NCBI RefSeq assembly: GCF_000143415.4
Contig: NW_003314271.1
Location: forward strand, 620,001-684,000
Direction: 5' to 3'
Source: Selaginella moellendorffii
Taxonomy: Eukaryota; Plantae; Lycopodiophyta
DNA: 64,000 bases
Positions 14,440 to 27,092 of the stretch are shown here, piece by piece; within the stretch, counting starts at the first letter, position 1, and each line of letters opens with the position of its first letter. Under the pieces are notes generated by a model. That model searched no databases. It was not told the DNA's origin and saw nothing but the letters and a program-made list of their open reading frames with translations. Both the position numbers and the translations under genes were made by a program.

Positions 14440-15250
14440 TTGATGAGTGATTTCTTACTTGCTTGTCATCAGACGAAAGGAACGACTTCTTCCAAACGAA
14501 AACTGTTGATTGATGAATGAAAGATCATCTAGCAAGAACACCATCTTAAACAAGAATTTCCACGGCAGACTCGCACTTACCAGAAAGCTTAGAAGAATTG
14601 CAAATCATATTTTCCACGAGTTCTTCACTGGCACATTGATCGAAAAATGGTCGGATCAACGATGACCACTATCTTCTTCTTTGAAGATCATCATCTCCAG
14701 GAAGGCTGCAATCACTTCCACTGTAGAATAATCTTCAAATGCGTAGCATGAAGATCCACAAGGAAACATTGGGGATCTGCATGTCCATAGGTGTTGTTCT
14801 TTTTTCTTTTTACACAAGTGTGAAACAGGAATCAGTGCGTTCTTCACAAGATGGTCGTCCTTGATTCCCTAGCAGCCATTTTAGATCAATGCCCCCATGA
14901 ACAACTCATGGAAGATATGACTTGCAATTCCTTTTAAGTGTTTTGGTAAGTGGGACTTAGTGGAGTTCTTTGTTAAAATGTCTTCTTGCTGGATGATCTT
15001 CCAGGAACTCATTTATCAATCGACATAGCGGCCATTTTAGATCAATGGCCCCACGAAGAACTCGTGGAAGATATGACTTGCAATTCCTTTTAAGTGTTCT
15101 GGTAAGTGGGACTTAGTGGAGTTTTTTGTTAAAATGTCTTCTTGCTGGATGATCTTCCAGGAACTCATTCATCAATCGACAATGCCAAAACCTTTGTTAT
15201 CAATTTCGCCTAAAAGTCATTCCTCTCGAGCAAGTAAGCTAACATCATGT
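14440..15250. repeat. Diverged inverted repeat plus a ~155-bp tandem duplication in the divergent SEC12-like/Egt1 intergenic region
   Basis: 14872-15024 and 15030-15181 are near-identical direct copies (gccattttagatcaatg...atcaatcgaca). 14505-14651 is a diverged reverse complement of the same unit. Confidence 0.8.
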
Positions 15251-15598
15251 TTTTTGCTTCTTCTTTTAAAAAAGCGTCCTTCTCCGGGATGAAACAGCAA
15301 TCAGTGCGTTCTTCTGTCCATGGTTACGAACAAGAGACAAGTAAGCAATCAATCTCTAGAAGGTTCTATATTCCTTGCTCAGGAATTTCCTTTTCAAAAT
15401 CATAGGTAGCGTTCAACTTCCGAAAAACTGAAAGGCCGGTGTCATGTACATAACAGAGCCCTCCACGATTCCATGGCCATGCATGACTGGCCAGCAACCA
15501 CTTGTTCCAAATTAGAAGCTGCCACGGCACCACCGGGGCTACGATTGGGGATTTTAAGCTTCGCAGTTTGAAAGTTTTCGCGGAGTTTGGATCGCTTC

Positions 15599-17988
15599 AT
15601 GGCCAACGTGAGCAGTATCGTAGATGGTTTGCGGCGGAGCGAACGCAAACAAATTCCCTTCCATCTGCTCTACGATCACAGGGGCTCGGAGCTCTACAAG
15701 AAGATCACGGAGCTGAAGAGCTACTACCCTTTCGAGGCTGAGAAGGCTTTGTTCCAGAAGCATGCACTCGACATTGCTGGACAGATTGCCCCCGGCAGCT
15801 TGATTGTCGAATTGGGATGTGGTGTTGCTGACAAGACCGCTCTTCTCCTCAATGCGATCCTCTCCAAGCATCAGAGGTCTGAGGTTTCTTTGTGTTCTTT
15901 GTAACGTTCCTATCTTTTTCTTCTTGCTGTTCTTGATCGTCCTTGGCTTTTGTGCTTGCTTCTCCAGGTGCCATTACGTTGGTATCGATGTCTCCCGGAC
16001 TGCGCTGGACGAGGCCGAGTCTTCAATGGAAAAGAGCGATGATCTCGAGCTGGAGCTTGTTCATGCCGATTACTTGGAAGGGCTGGAGATGGTTCGAGAG
16101 AAGTATCCAGACAGACTCATTTGCATCCTCTGGCTTGGAAGTAGCATCGGGAACCTCTCGCAATCCGAAAGCGGTGACTTCGTTGGTCGAATGCTCAAGA
16201 TAGTTGGGTCCCGGTGCCAGTTTTTTCTCTGCGTCGGTGAGTATCTCTCTCTCTTCTCTAATTTGATCACGGTACGTTTTCTCCATTTGTCCAGACCTGT
16301 GGAAAGATGAGGCCACTCTGCGAGCAGCTTACGAGGATAAGCAAGGCGTTACTGGAAGTTTTATAAAAAATGGCATGAAGCACGGGCTGGAGCTTCTCGG
16401 GCATTCCGTATCTGATGACGAGGTTCACGAAGATTGGGAATACGAGGTACAGATCAATAGCATGTCCCGCCAAGTTGAGATGTACGTTCGTTTTCTCCGA
16501 TCACTCTGTCTAGTCGATCACGACATCGAAATAAGGTTCGCAACTCGACACTCGCTAAGTTGACATGTGTCGTCGTTCTCTTTTTCCATTTTTGTTTTCT
16601 TCCTTGGCAGTAAAAACGAGAGAGTCCTGGTCGAGATCTCGAGAAAGTTTACAGTAGAGGACGTATTGCAGCTCGTCAGTCAGCTCGGCTTTGTTTGCCA
16701 CGCCAGGTGGACGTCGAAAAGCTATGGCTGCTTTATGATGCTTTCTTGTGAGGAGGCCGCAATCAGGTGTTGGACGGACACAGACAAGCTGTTCAAAGGC
16801 GTCGGTGATTGGATGTCCCAACCGATCTCATATCGTCACCCATATTGTTTCTACTAGTAAGTGGCGAGTCGTGAGTGATTTTTGGTTGACAAATGCTTTT
16901 GGTGTTGCAGTGGCCACGTAACAGCTTTCACCATCATCAAGCTGCTCAAGGATGAGCCGGACACGGGTCTCAACCTTGTCTTCTCGCGCGGAATAGATCC
17001 CTGCATGTTGGACCCCAGCCGCTGTCACAAGCATCCGGAAACTCCAGCCCAGTGGCCGGACAAGGAGACGCTCAGGAAATATACCATGGATGGCCGAGCC
17101 CGAGTCCTGGAGTACCTGAGAGACGGCAACCCGGACGTGCGATGCCTCTGCCTCGTCCTCGAGCACGAGCGAATGCATCAGGAAACCATGGCCTACATGC
17201 TAGCCCAGGAACGCAAGCTCCAGTTCGAAGCTCCTCTTCTCATTCCTCCTCACGAGCTCGGGCTCGCGGACGGGAACGGGACTTCAAAGCCGGCAGCTAC
17301 CGACGTCTTCGTCTCCAGAGGCTCCGTCGTGCTGGGAAGCGATCCAATTCCCGGAGTCTTCCGCTTCGACAACGAGGAGCCGTCTTACAAGACTCAAGTG
17401 GAGCACGACTTCTGCATCAGTTCCATGCCAGTTTCGATCGGGGAGTTTATGGTCTTCGTCCAGGACGGGTGCTACAACAAGAGAGAACTCTGGCAGGAAG
17501 ACGATTTTACGTTCCTGGAGAGGAGTGGTCACAAGTTTCCTGCAACTTGGTCCTGCTCCCAGGGGGACTATTACGTACACTTTCCATACAAGACGCTCTC
17601 CTGGATCGAAGCTCGTCACCAGCCTGTTTACGTGAGCCTGATGGAGGCCGAGGCTTTTTCCAAGTGGATGTGTTCCAGAGTGATGACCGAGGCTGAGTAT
17701 CAGCGAGTTTTGGACGAGGAGTTTGCGAGGGAGGAGCAGAGGGTGAAGCATTTGAAGGATGGAGGATGGGAGTGGACGAGTTCGCTACTAGCACCGTTTG
17801 AAGGGTTCACGAGCATGGAAGAGTACCCGGAGTATTCGACGGACTTCTTTGACGGCTTGCACTACGTCCTCAAGGGGTCATCTCCAGCAACACATGTCTC
17901 ACTGCTGCGGGATTCCTTCCGAAATTTTTATCAGCGGCAGTACCCGTATGCTTTTGCCAAATTTCGGCTGTGCAAATCGTCACAGTGA
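15599..17988 (+). CDS. egt1: Egt1-type bifunctional ergothioneine biosynthesis enzyme: N-terminal EgtD-like histidine N-methyltransferase fused to a DinB + FGE-like sulfoxide synthase (EgtB-like); 5 exons, 703 aa
   Basis: Exons 15599-15876, 15968-16236, 16295-16535, 16611-16856 and 16911-17988 total 2112 nt, in frame, all GT-AG. MT motifs: LLYDHRGSELYKKITELKSYYP, VELGCGVADKTALLL, LWLGSSIGN, AYEDKQGVT, VEM, VEISRKF. Sulfoxide synthase motifs: RHPYCFYYGH, RGIDP...CHKHPE...WP, iron motif HERMHQE, FDNE, WEWTSS, YPEYSTDFFDG, FRNFYQRQYPYAF. Confidence 0.92.
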
Positions 17989-18839
17989 TTCCTCCTATAA
18001 AATTACTCCTATAAAATAAAGGAAGAAGTTTTCCTGTTTATATTTTATGTTTTATGCAAAAAACAGAAAAAAACAAAAATATTTTAGAATCACAAAACTT
18101 TAAAAACTTTTACAATATTATTTTAACTTTTACATTGAAAACCTTAGATATTATTATCTTAAACTATTTCATAAAATGGTATAGTTTATCTCAGATGCTA
18201 AATAAATAACAAAATGTTAAAAGAAATAATGAACTCTTTTTCACTTTTATATATAAACTAAGGTTTTATTTTTATATTCTACTTTCATATTTCATGCATT
18301 CAAAATGTTACTTATATAACTATGATACAGATTAAAACCAATCCAACTGCTATCAAAATCCCATTACACTAATATTAATATATAGCACCATAACTATACA
18401 ATGTAAAATAAAAAAATATAACTTTTAATATAATTTAATAGCAATATATTTGTGATATTTTTTGTCAGCCAAGCTACCGAACTATCCAATTCACTGCTTT
18501 GTCAACAGAATGAACAGGTCTTGGCAAGCAAGGTCACCACCATAAACGTAGCGTGTTTCGTGCCCCTTGCCATAACTCAAATCCGAATAGCACCTCAAGA
18601 GAAACTCCAAACTCCAATCTTCCAGCCAGAAGAGCTTCGGCACCCTGCAGTGTGAACTTGTTGGGGATTGGTACTAGTCCTGATGTAATCATCGTGGCTG
18701 AGCCTCTTCAAGTCTTCCCAGTCCCGGAGGAACTTCCACAAGCCTTTGTCACACTTTTAAACTTCGTTACCAACGAAAAAATGAGGACTCTATGAACAAA
18801 CCGCTATGAACAAAAACAAAAGACGCAACGGACCGCCAC

Positions 18840-21800
18840 TCAAACCCACCTCTTTGACAGCTTCCCAACGCCAGCGCCATTTTGGATCAGAATCCCCGAC
18901 TGTCGAATAGAGCTCGGCTTGGAACCTGCCAACTCCAAAGACACGAAAACGATTACCAATGCAGCTAAGTACAAACATGGAAAAGCTTACCTCGCTTCGC
19001 AAGTTCCTCCGAAGCCACCGCCGCCGCCGGAATATCCGACAATCTCCGTAATCCAGCCATTGACACTGACGCTGCGCTGGGGAGCTTCTTCTCACTTCGT
19101 GGAGGCCGAGGTATTTGAGACAATGAGCTACAAAAAAAAGAGAAAGCAGTGTTGCCAAAGATCAATACCAGCTACTGTAAGGCTCACCGTAGCTCGTTGG
19201 CATTGAGACCTGGCCTTGAGCTGTTTGTTGCTGCTCTCATGGTCTGAGATTGGTCGCTGGCCACCGAGAAAGAATCCTGGGACGCCTCTCCTTCAGACAA
19301 GTCCTCGTAGTTATTCTCCATAGCTGGCCAGTTCCCCGGTACGTTGTTCTCAAAAACTACGAAGGCGTCGCCGTCCACGGACCTGCGAGGCGTTTCCAGC
19401 AAAGTAACATCCGGTATATCTTCGGCAGCAGTTTCATCTTGACTCGGAGCACGACCAGCCTGTCAAAAGTAGATTAAGGATGGCAGTCACTCCCAGCTTC
19501 AATTACCTCCATACTGCGCAATTCGACAGATCTCCTACTCCGGGCATCAATGGAGCGAGTGGACTGAGACACTCTTAGTTTCTGTTTTTCCAACTCCATG
19601 CTGCTACGAAGGACCCTCGAAGCTTGCAAGCGCTCTATTTCTGCATCCTTTTTGGCCAGTATCTCTTTCAAGGACACTATCTGAAAATATCAACCGTGAA
19701 CCAAACTCTATCCATCTGGTTTGCCAAGAATGTACCTGCTCCTTGTATTCTCGAATTCCGCTCGCTTCTCTATTCGAACGTGCGGCACCAAGCTCAACAC
19801 TTGACACCCTCTCTGCAAACTTCAATGTACTTATTGTCTCCCCGTATGAATCATTGTCCGGGTTTATATGGACAAACATCAGAGCTTTTGCTTGACCACC
19901 TGTTCACGTCGGATATACATATAGATATCAGCAACCATGAGAACCTTACCCAGAGAATGCTGAAGGAGTTGTGTTAGCTTGCTATTTCGGTAAGGGATGT
20001 GCGTCTGCTTTTGAGCCAAAGCTGCAATAACATCCCCTAAAGCCGATAAAGACTTGTTGATATGTTGCGCCTCCTTCAATCTGTCTCCAGTCGCCTCCGA
20101 CTTCTCCACTCGCTCACTTCCCGCGAGATCAACTAAGTGGAGACAGCCACGGAGAATGCAGCCCTTTGCAAGATCCGTGCCTTGCACATGCACAGTCAGT
20201 ACACTGCATAGAAAGATCCACGGGAATTTCATTACAAAAACAAATAAAACCACTGACCTGTGAGATCGACTGCTGCGTTCATTAAGAGCTGTAGCTCCTA
20301 CAGCACGGTTCCTCTGTCCGACAGCCATGATTTCTAGCACATCTGAGCTATTTGCAACGGGGATCATAACAGCATCAGGTACGTGCACGCCATTAAGTGA
20401 CGAAGAGCTTCTTATGCCAAGTCTCTTGCTCACACCATCAGCAGCCAGGAGATCTCTCACTTGTTCATTGTAAATCTCAATCATTTGCACCCCAACTTCG
20501 TAGGCAAAAGCGTCCCTCCTGCTTTGACATAATTGAAAAAGATCGTTTAGTGCTCGGTAGTTAACCCCCCAATCTTGTTTTGCAGTTGAACTTGGCCCTG
20601 TCTGCATCAATAGACGTTAATACACAAATCTTAACGGAGCTCACACCTTACCATAGTATATGTTTTTCCAGAACCAGTCTGTCCATACGCAAAAATACAG
20701 ACGTTGAAACCATCAAGCACCGATCGAATCAAAGGCTGCGCATCCAGAAAAACCTCGTCTGCATGCACGTGTCATTGTGACTATTGGAGCAAAATATAGA
20801 ACGTACCTTGTGGAGCTTGAGGGCCATAGACCTTGTTAAAATTAAACATCTTATAAGAGTCTTTTCCCTTTGTCGAATTTGCGACCATGATTTCCCCGTT
20901 TTGACCAACAAAATCAACGCAAGTCCCTTGATCTTTCTGACCAACAAGAAAAGGTCTAACACGGCAGTAAACACGAATATTTCCTGCAGGTAAATGGTAT
21001 TAGAAGAGAACTAATGGAGCACTGTATACCCTTCAAGTCCTGTACTTCATTATACAGCTTGCGATTCTCTGCAAGAACGTCATGGTACGCTTGAGCGGCT
21101 TCTGTTAGTCCTGTTAACTCATTTTCTGAAAGGGAACTAATGTCAGAAACAAGAAAGATTTTAAAAACTCATTACCAAGTCTAATAAGCTGATCTTGCCA
21201 ACATTTCTGCATTTCGAGCGTTCCTGTTCTGATAAGTCCAGAGGTATGCTTCAGATTCTGAAAACAGACGTAATCGGAAGATACAATCACCAGCTATTAA
21301 TTTGACGTACCTGAAGTGCATTGGACTGAAAAGAGATTATTTGTTTGTACCGCTCTTCGCGATTCTTGAACTCATTTCGTTCAAGAGAAACACTGGCTTC
21401 AAAACTCCGCATCTGACTGAAAGAATCTTCAAGTTTCGCATCCATTTCCGAAAGCTTTCGCTTATATTCCTCCATTAACTTCTCATTTTCAATCTCCATT
21501 TCGTACTTCTTCCTCTGATCAGCTTTCATGACTTGAAGTTCATTTGTAAGAATCTCGATTGTGGTCTGCTTTTGATCTCTGTCCAGTACCAGCTTCTCGG
21601 TGTCACCTTCGTGTATCCGTTTCTCTTCCTCAAGTCTTTTGTTCTCCATCTGCGGAGCAAATCTGAGACGGTACGTAAAAGCTATACATAATTACCTTGG
21701 TTTGTTGCAATTGTTGAGTAACAAGCTGTCACAAGAAACAACTCAGTAGGCTTGCACAGCAGTAAGCATATACAAACCTTTATTTCCTCGCCTGAACCTG

Positions 21801-23404
21801 CAGCTAATGCCTCCAGCACCTTAGCCCTCGATGACAGCTTACATTCTCGCGCCATCAGATCTTTGTGCAAAGATTTTAGCTACAAAAAATGATGGTTACT
21901 TAAACACTAAGAAAACAGCGGCTGTCTTACCTTCTTTACTTGCTCTCCCTGTAAACGAAGCCGCCGTTCAAATTCATCCGTCACCTTTTTTATCATATAC
22001 TCGACGAGCTGAATGAACGAAGATTATCATCATGAAACGGACGTCAGCAGCTCTTTTAAACACTTACGACTGGGACTTCATCAGGTTGCTTGTCACTAAT
22101 AATAGACTTAACCAGGCTCGGAAGTGACTGCACGGGTTGGCCCTGAATCGTAAAGTTTGTCAGGAACGAGGGAAACAAAATGGAAGCGCATGAACCTTCA
22201 AATTAGGATTAGTATCCAGGTCCGATGCCTGAATGTCTTGCACTCTCTTCACTTGAAGAACTTCTCGGAACCTTTGGCCAATCTGTTGTAAACGAGCGGC
22301 AGTAGAATCTGTAAACAACGAATATATTAAATTCCAATAACCCAGAACGTTACTCACCTGGCGAAGCAAAGGCTGACATCAGATTTTCGGAGTCCAAGCC
22401 AGTATCATATCCTTGGTAGAAACCATTGAGTGAGGGAGATCTATCTCGGTAACCAATAGGGGAGCCTGCCTCGTATGCTACAGAAATATCAGTAGCCTCC
22501 GGTACATCTGCGCCAGGAATTGCCCAACGTTTCCTCGTATGGCTGCTTTTCGGTGTTATTGCAGGCTCGTACATGTCTTCCAGCCCCTTCACCGGACTCT
22601 TTGTACCAGAAAGCTTGTGAACACCATACTTCCAAGGACTGAATCCCTTGCCCTCTCTCTGGTCGTGATATGCCTTGAGCGCCAGAATGCAGTCCACCAC
22701 TTTCGACAACGTCCCAGACGATAAACTACCCTGAAAGAATCCCCGATAGCACGTGACTAACAGGCATGATTAAACAAACACACAAACAAAGAACGCACGA
22801 TCACAAACCTCAGCTAAGTCGGATGCTTCAAAACTTGGTAGCCGGAGATCTTCCACAGCAACCAGAAAGTTTCTCACGTTTTCAAAATACTGATACGCTG
22901 ACAGGGCAGCATCGGGTGGGCTGGATGGAGGAGGACTCTCCACAATCTGGCACGCGAAGCGTGTGTTAGCTAAACAACGTATAAGATCCACGCACGACAT
23001 AAAATCACCTTTGGAATAATGCCCGGATGTATCTTATTGAGAAGGTTGCAAAGCACCATTCCATTCCTCAAGGAAAACTTGAGCTCTTCTTCGCTAGGCT
23101 CATTGGAAATGCCCAGGCCCCCAAGCATCTCGTGTAGCCATCGCGCGGCCAAGAATCGCCTATGCGCTGCGGTAAACAAGAAAGAAAGAATCATGCATGA
23201 GAAGTCTATAGCACCAAACGAGAAGACTCCATTCTAACCTGCTTCCTCCGCTCTGCGCGATGCCATATGGATGTCGCTCAATCCCTCTTCCATCGGATCC
23301 TCCACGAAGAAATCTCGCGACTGCTGTCTGGAAATCTCCCTTTCCGAAACCACATTTCCACTGCGAGGGGAAGCTCCGCCAAACAATCGCCTCTCCGGTG
23401 CCAT
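18840..23404 (-). CDS. Kinesin-14 with a calponin-homology domain (KCH/KIN14 type); many exons
   Basis: CH domain ([24 protein letters not shown]...[13 protein letters not shown]), coiled coil, and motor motifs ([43 protein letters not shown]). Ends ...KRWV*. Confidence 0.95.
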
Positions 23405-23910
23405 GGCTGGAAACATCCGAGCTGATCACAGCATGCCCCGGTGTGTCCTTCGCCAAATCACGGCATACCTTGCAGCAGCTGGAATCCGTGGAAAAGCCGC
23501 CGGCCAATTCAACAGCGCTCCAGCGGATCCCTGTCCCGCGGATTCAAACCCTAGGAGACCGGCCGCTACGATCACACCACAATTGCCGCTCGACTCGTCG
23601 CCTGCTGAGAATGCACCTCCTTCCCCCTCGATCGACAGGCGCTAGGGCTTTTCCCCGCGCAACGGCAAACTTCTCCTCCCATGAAGAACACAAACCATCA
23701 TCGACAGTCCCTCTTCTTCGTTCTCGAGACAGGCTCGGTCCCGGACCAAGAGCGTACGGAGCCGCTTTCTAGGTCTGGTAGATTTACTAGAACGTACGGC
23801 TCGTCTGCCGAACCTGGTAAGCGCCGCCCGTTGGCCGCTTTTAAATTTATGCCGCTATTTCGTCACGGGAATATTCCTCGAGATGCTCGTGAATTAAAAA
23901 TCTCTTCCTC

Positions 23911-25504
23911 TCACGAGAGTTCATTATAGATTCTCTGGCACTTCGCTGAGAGGATCTTCACCGCTTCTGTGAAGAGCACCTCGGGTGGAAGAGCTCCAGT
24001 CGATTCAACAGTGACTGGAGGAGCAGCAAAAACTTTGGCATCAGATCAAGCAGAAAAAAACGATCGCGTGACCAAAAACTTACAGATGAAATGATCTTTC
24101 ACACGCCTGAGCTGAACTCGCTTCTCCCAATCGTCTCCTCGTATACACTCCCTACACAGCGTGCAGCTCCTCGGTGCCGCTACTCTGGCTCGTTTTCCTG
24201 GCAAAGAAGAACATCAGCTAGAGACTAGAGACGAGCTTATAAAACAACACAATACCTCCCATGATGTCCTCTATGTCAAACACTTTCATGGGACATTTCT
24301 GGACCAGCTCTTCCGCAAGTTCGTCTTCGATCTCTTCTAGCAAGACAACCTGTTAAAACACTTGTTAGAAAATTATGGTCGTGATCATGTACGCAAGTAG
24401 CTGTATACCTCCGGAAGCATCCTGTACGCGGCTGTAGCAACGGGCGACCACTTCGCGTGCGTTTTTCCGATTCCTTTGACGGCGTGAGCTTCCAATTCAA
24501 TAGCCTACGAAAGCATTGTCATCCAAAAATGAGAATAAAAAACACGCACGAAGCAAGAATACTTTACCTGACCTGGTCTAAGCTTTGCCAATAAAATGTC
24601 CTTGTACCTTGGAGCGATATCGTTTTGAATCGTATCCTGCCGGCAGCTAAACGATGTGTAAGTTTTGTTTGAGTCGTCAGTCATAGAATATAAGCTTCCT
24701 CCAGGAAGCCATTTGAGCTGGTCAGACTTTACTGCAACCGGAAATTAATCAATCACAGCGAGAGGAGATACGAAAGTAAAAAAAACCTGAAGCATTGATC
24801 ATGCGATCTCCCTGTCGCGTGCACTTCACTTCTAAGGAGAAAACAATAGTATTCTTCTCGGTCGCTACATCTTCGTCTGGAAAAATACTTTGCGTTGCCA
24901 AGAAGAAAAGGGAAGAAAAAAGAAGAAAAAAGAAGAAAAAAGAAGAAAAAACGTACTAGTTTTCTCGTTGAAAAGTCTTGGATCGGCCTTGATTGGAACC
25001 AAACCCAGGCGATGAGCGAAGACCTCGTCTTGAATCACCGACGTGTTATCTTTGATGAGAACTTTCTCAATAGCCATGGTTGGAACCTACAAAAGAAGGA
25101 GAAAAAAAAAAATAGTTCCACAGACTGTGCTCGAGAAAATATTAGAAGAGAGTATTTCTCTTACCTCCGCGATCAAAATCCTCCGAAAGGCATTCGCAAG
25201 CGCGGCATCGATGCCAATCATATCAAACTCGAGATCGTCCTCCGTCAGAGACTTGATCTCCACATGGAAGTTCCGCCGGAAATCGCCGAGCCGGAGGCTG
25301 TTGTCATAGTTGATCGAAGAATACGCCCCAGAGTACTGGACAGTCTCTGTCTATCGGTGGATCGATCGATCAATGCAAGAAAAATGGCTAAGAAAATCTG
25401 CCTAGAGAGAAGCAGCGACTTACATACGAAGGCGCATCCGACGCACAGATGACGCGAGTGCGCTGGAGCTCCAAATGCGCGGGCAGCCCTCCGCCTTCCC
25501 CCAT
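23911..25504 (-). CDS. RPAC1: RNA polymerase I/III shared subunit AC40 (RPAC1/RPC40), intact copy
   Basis: Starts [18 protein letters not shown]. Contains [39 protein letters not shown] and [10 protein letters not shown]. Last exon [21 protein letters not shown]...ELS*. Confidence 0.93.
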
Positions 25505-25564
25505 TTGTGGGGTTTAGGGTTCTTCACAATGCCACTCTGTTTTCTAGGGTTCTTGGAAGGAGAA

Positions 25565-26570
25565 ATGCTAGCGACATCAGTGCTTCCGGCATCCGCAGAT
25601 CTTGCAGGATGCTCCATGCGAACAAGTCGGCATGGCAAGGGACGATTTGCGAGCAGCAGGAAGAAGAGATTGCGCGCTGCTTGATGCGCTGCCATGAGAG
25701 CTATCCAAGAATTTCGGGGTGATGGCTGGAGCGGTCCAAGGCTTCGAGCTACTCACTAGATTCAATATCCTAGACCAGGTAAAGAACAAGACGTCGTTCT
25801 CTTCTCGTCTTTCTTTCATCTATTTGTTTGTTTCCTCCTCCTCTGTTCTAATTGTCTCTTTCTTTCAGCACAGAAGCTTTCTCGCAAGCTCGTACTCTTC
25901 ATGCTTTCGTGGCCCCTCTTCATGTATTGTTGAAGAGATTTTCCTTCTTTCTCTACTCGCTCACTAAAACACATCAACGTTTTTTTGTTCTTCAGTCTCA
26001 ACCGAGTCTAAACCGATTTTCCATGTTTGTTTTGTCCCTAAACAGCTCTTCGTCGGCGTCCCGCTACATCGCTAGTTCTACTGGCCAACTTCTAATCCTC
26101 GGCCTTGGTTTTAGAACAAACGAAGGGGTGAGTGGAGATGGCGATGCCAAGTGATCATTCAAGCAACACCAGAAGTTTTTATATTCTTTTGCTCGTCGTT
26201 TCCTTGTGCTTCTTTTCTAGAGATCTTTTACGAGCTCCTTGGTACTGCTCTTCATAAGCACAGTGTGCTTCTGGCCTGAGTCCCCCATTGGAACGATATA
26301 GCTCTGTCTGTGATGTGTTTTGGTGACGGTAAGTAAATCCATTCCAAAAGCTTATGGTTTTTTCTTTTCTTTTCTCTCTGGAGCCTGATTCTCGCGCTGA
26401 CGTCATAGTCAGGCTTCCGAAAAACCGACAGCAATCTTCGTCTGTGGAACAAAAGACAAAAGCCTTTTTCTTTCGTAACACTTCTAGCGTTCCGGGTCGA
26501 TCTATTATGCTTTGGATCCGCTAGATACTCTAGCTCAGTATCTAGCTCGTATCACTCATCTCGCTAGCAA
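25565..26570 (+). pseudogene. Degraded phytol kinase (VTE5-like) copy
   Basis: Colinear with 27884-29153, including near-identical intron text (ctagaccaggtaaagaacaagacgtcg). Has deletions and frameshifts in most exons. Confidence 0.85.
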
Positions 26571-26787
26571 ACATGCATTTCATGATGACAAAAGCATGAT
26601 TGAGCAGATATAGCTCCAGAGAAACAAGCTTTTCCAAAGACAAATTCTCCATTTCACCTCTCCACTACTCTCGAACACATAGCTGGTCTTAGGATTCGAG
26701 GTACAATTCTTGATATTTGTCATGTCGACTTTCTTAATTGTTACTGTAAATATTCCCTCTAATTGACCCTTTGAGGATTATCCCATT

Positions 26788-27092
26788 TTCCCACTTGGTT
26801 CTAGCTGTAGGCGAGGAATCTGATCTTCATTTTCACAGGGTACCGGCGACGAAGTTCACGGCAAGCAGCAGTGGGAAAGAAAGTACCAGCCACTGTGGCT
26901 CAAAGGAGGGGGTAACTTGGAGCTCTATCCAGAGTATATCAAACACTTGCGCAAGTTTATCATGTCGCTTGAGAAAACCAGTGGAAGGAACCGAAAGTCG
27001 GAATCCGAAATCGAAGTATCCAAAAGAACTCTTCTCATACCTTGTCGATATCAAACCAGTATGTTCTCTCGACGGGATACATAACACGCAAG
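26788..27092 (-). pseudogene. ABHD17-like hydrolase fragment
   Basis: Deleted homolog of the intact exons at 51086-51545 (agccactgtggctc..., tcaaaccagtatgttctc...acataacacgcaag). Confidence 0.8.

Noticed and set aside
15599-17988. Egt1 as bacterial/fungal contamination, or as ovothiol synthase OvoA
   Set aside because: It has four short GT-AG introns like its neighbours and is contiguous with plant genes. Although RHPxxFYYGH resembles OvoA, the methyltransferase is N-terminal and EgtD-type, and the RGIDP motif is Egt1-like, whereas OvoA has a C-terminal methyltransferase.
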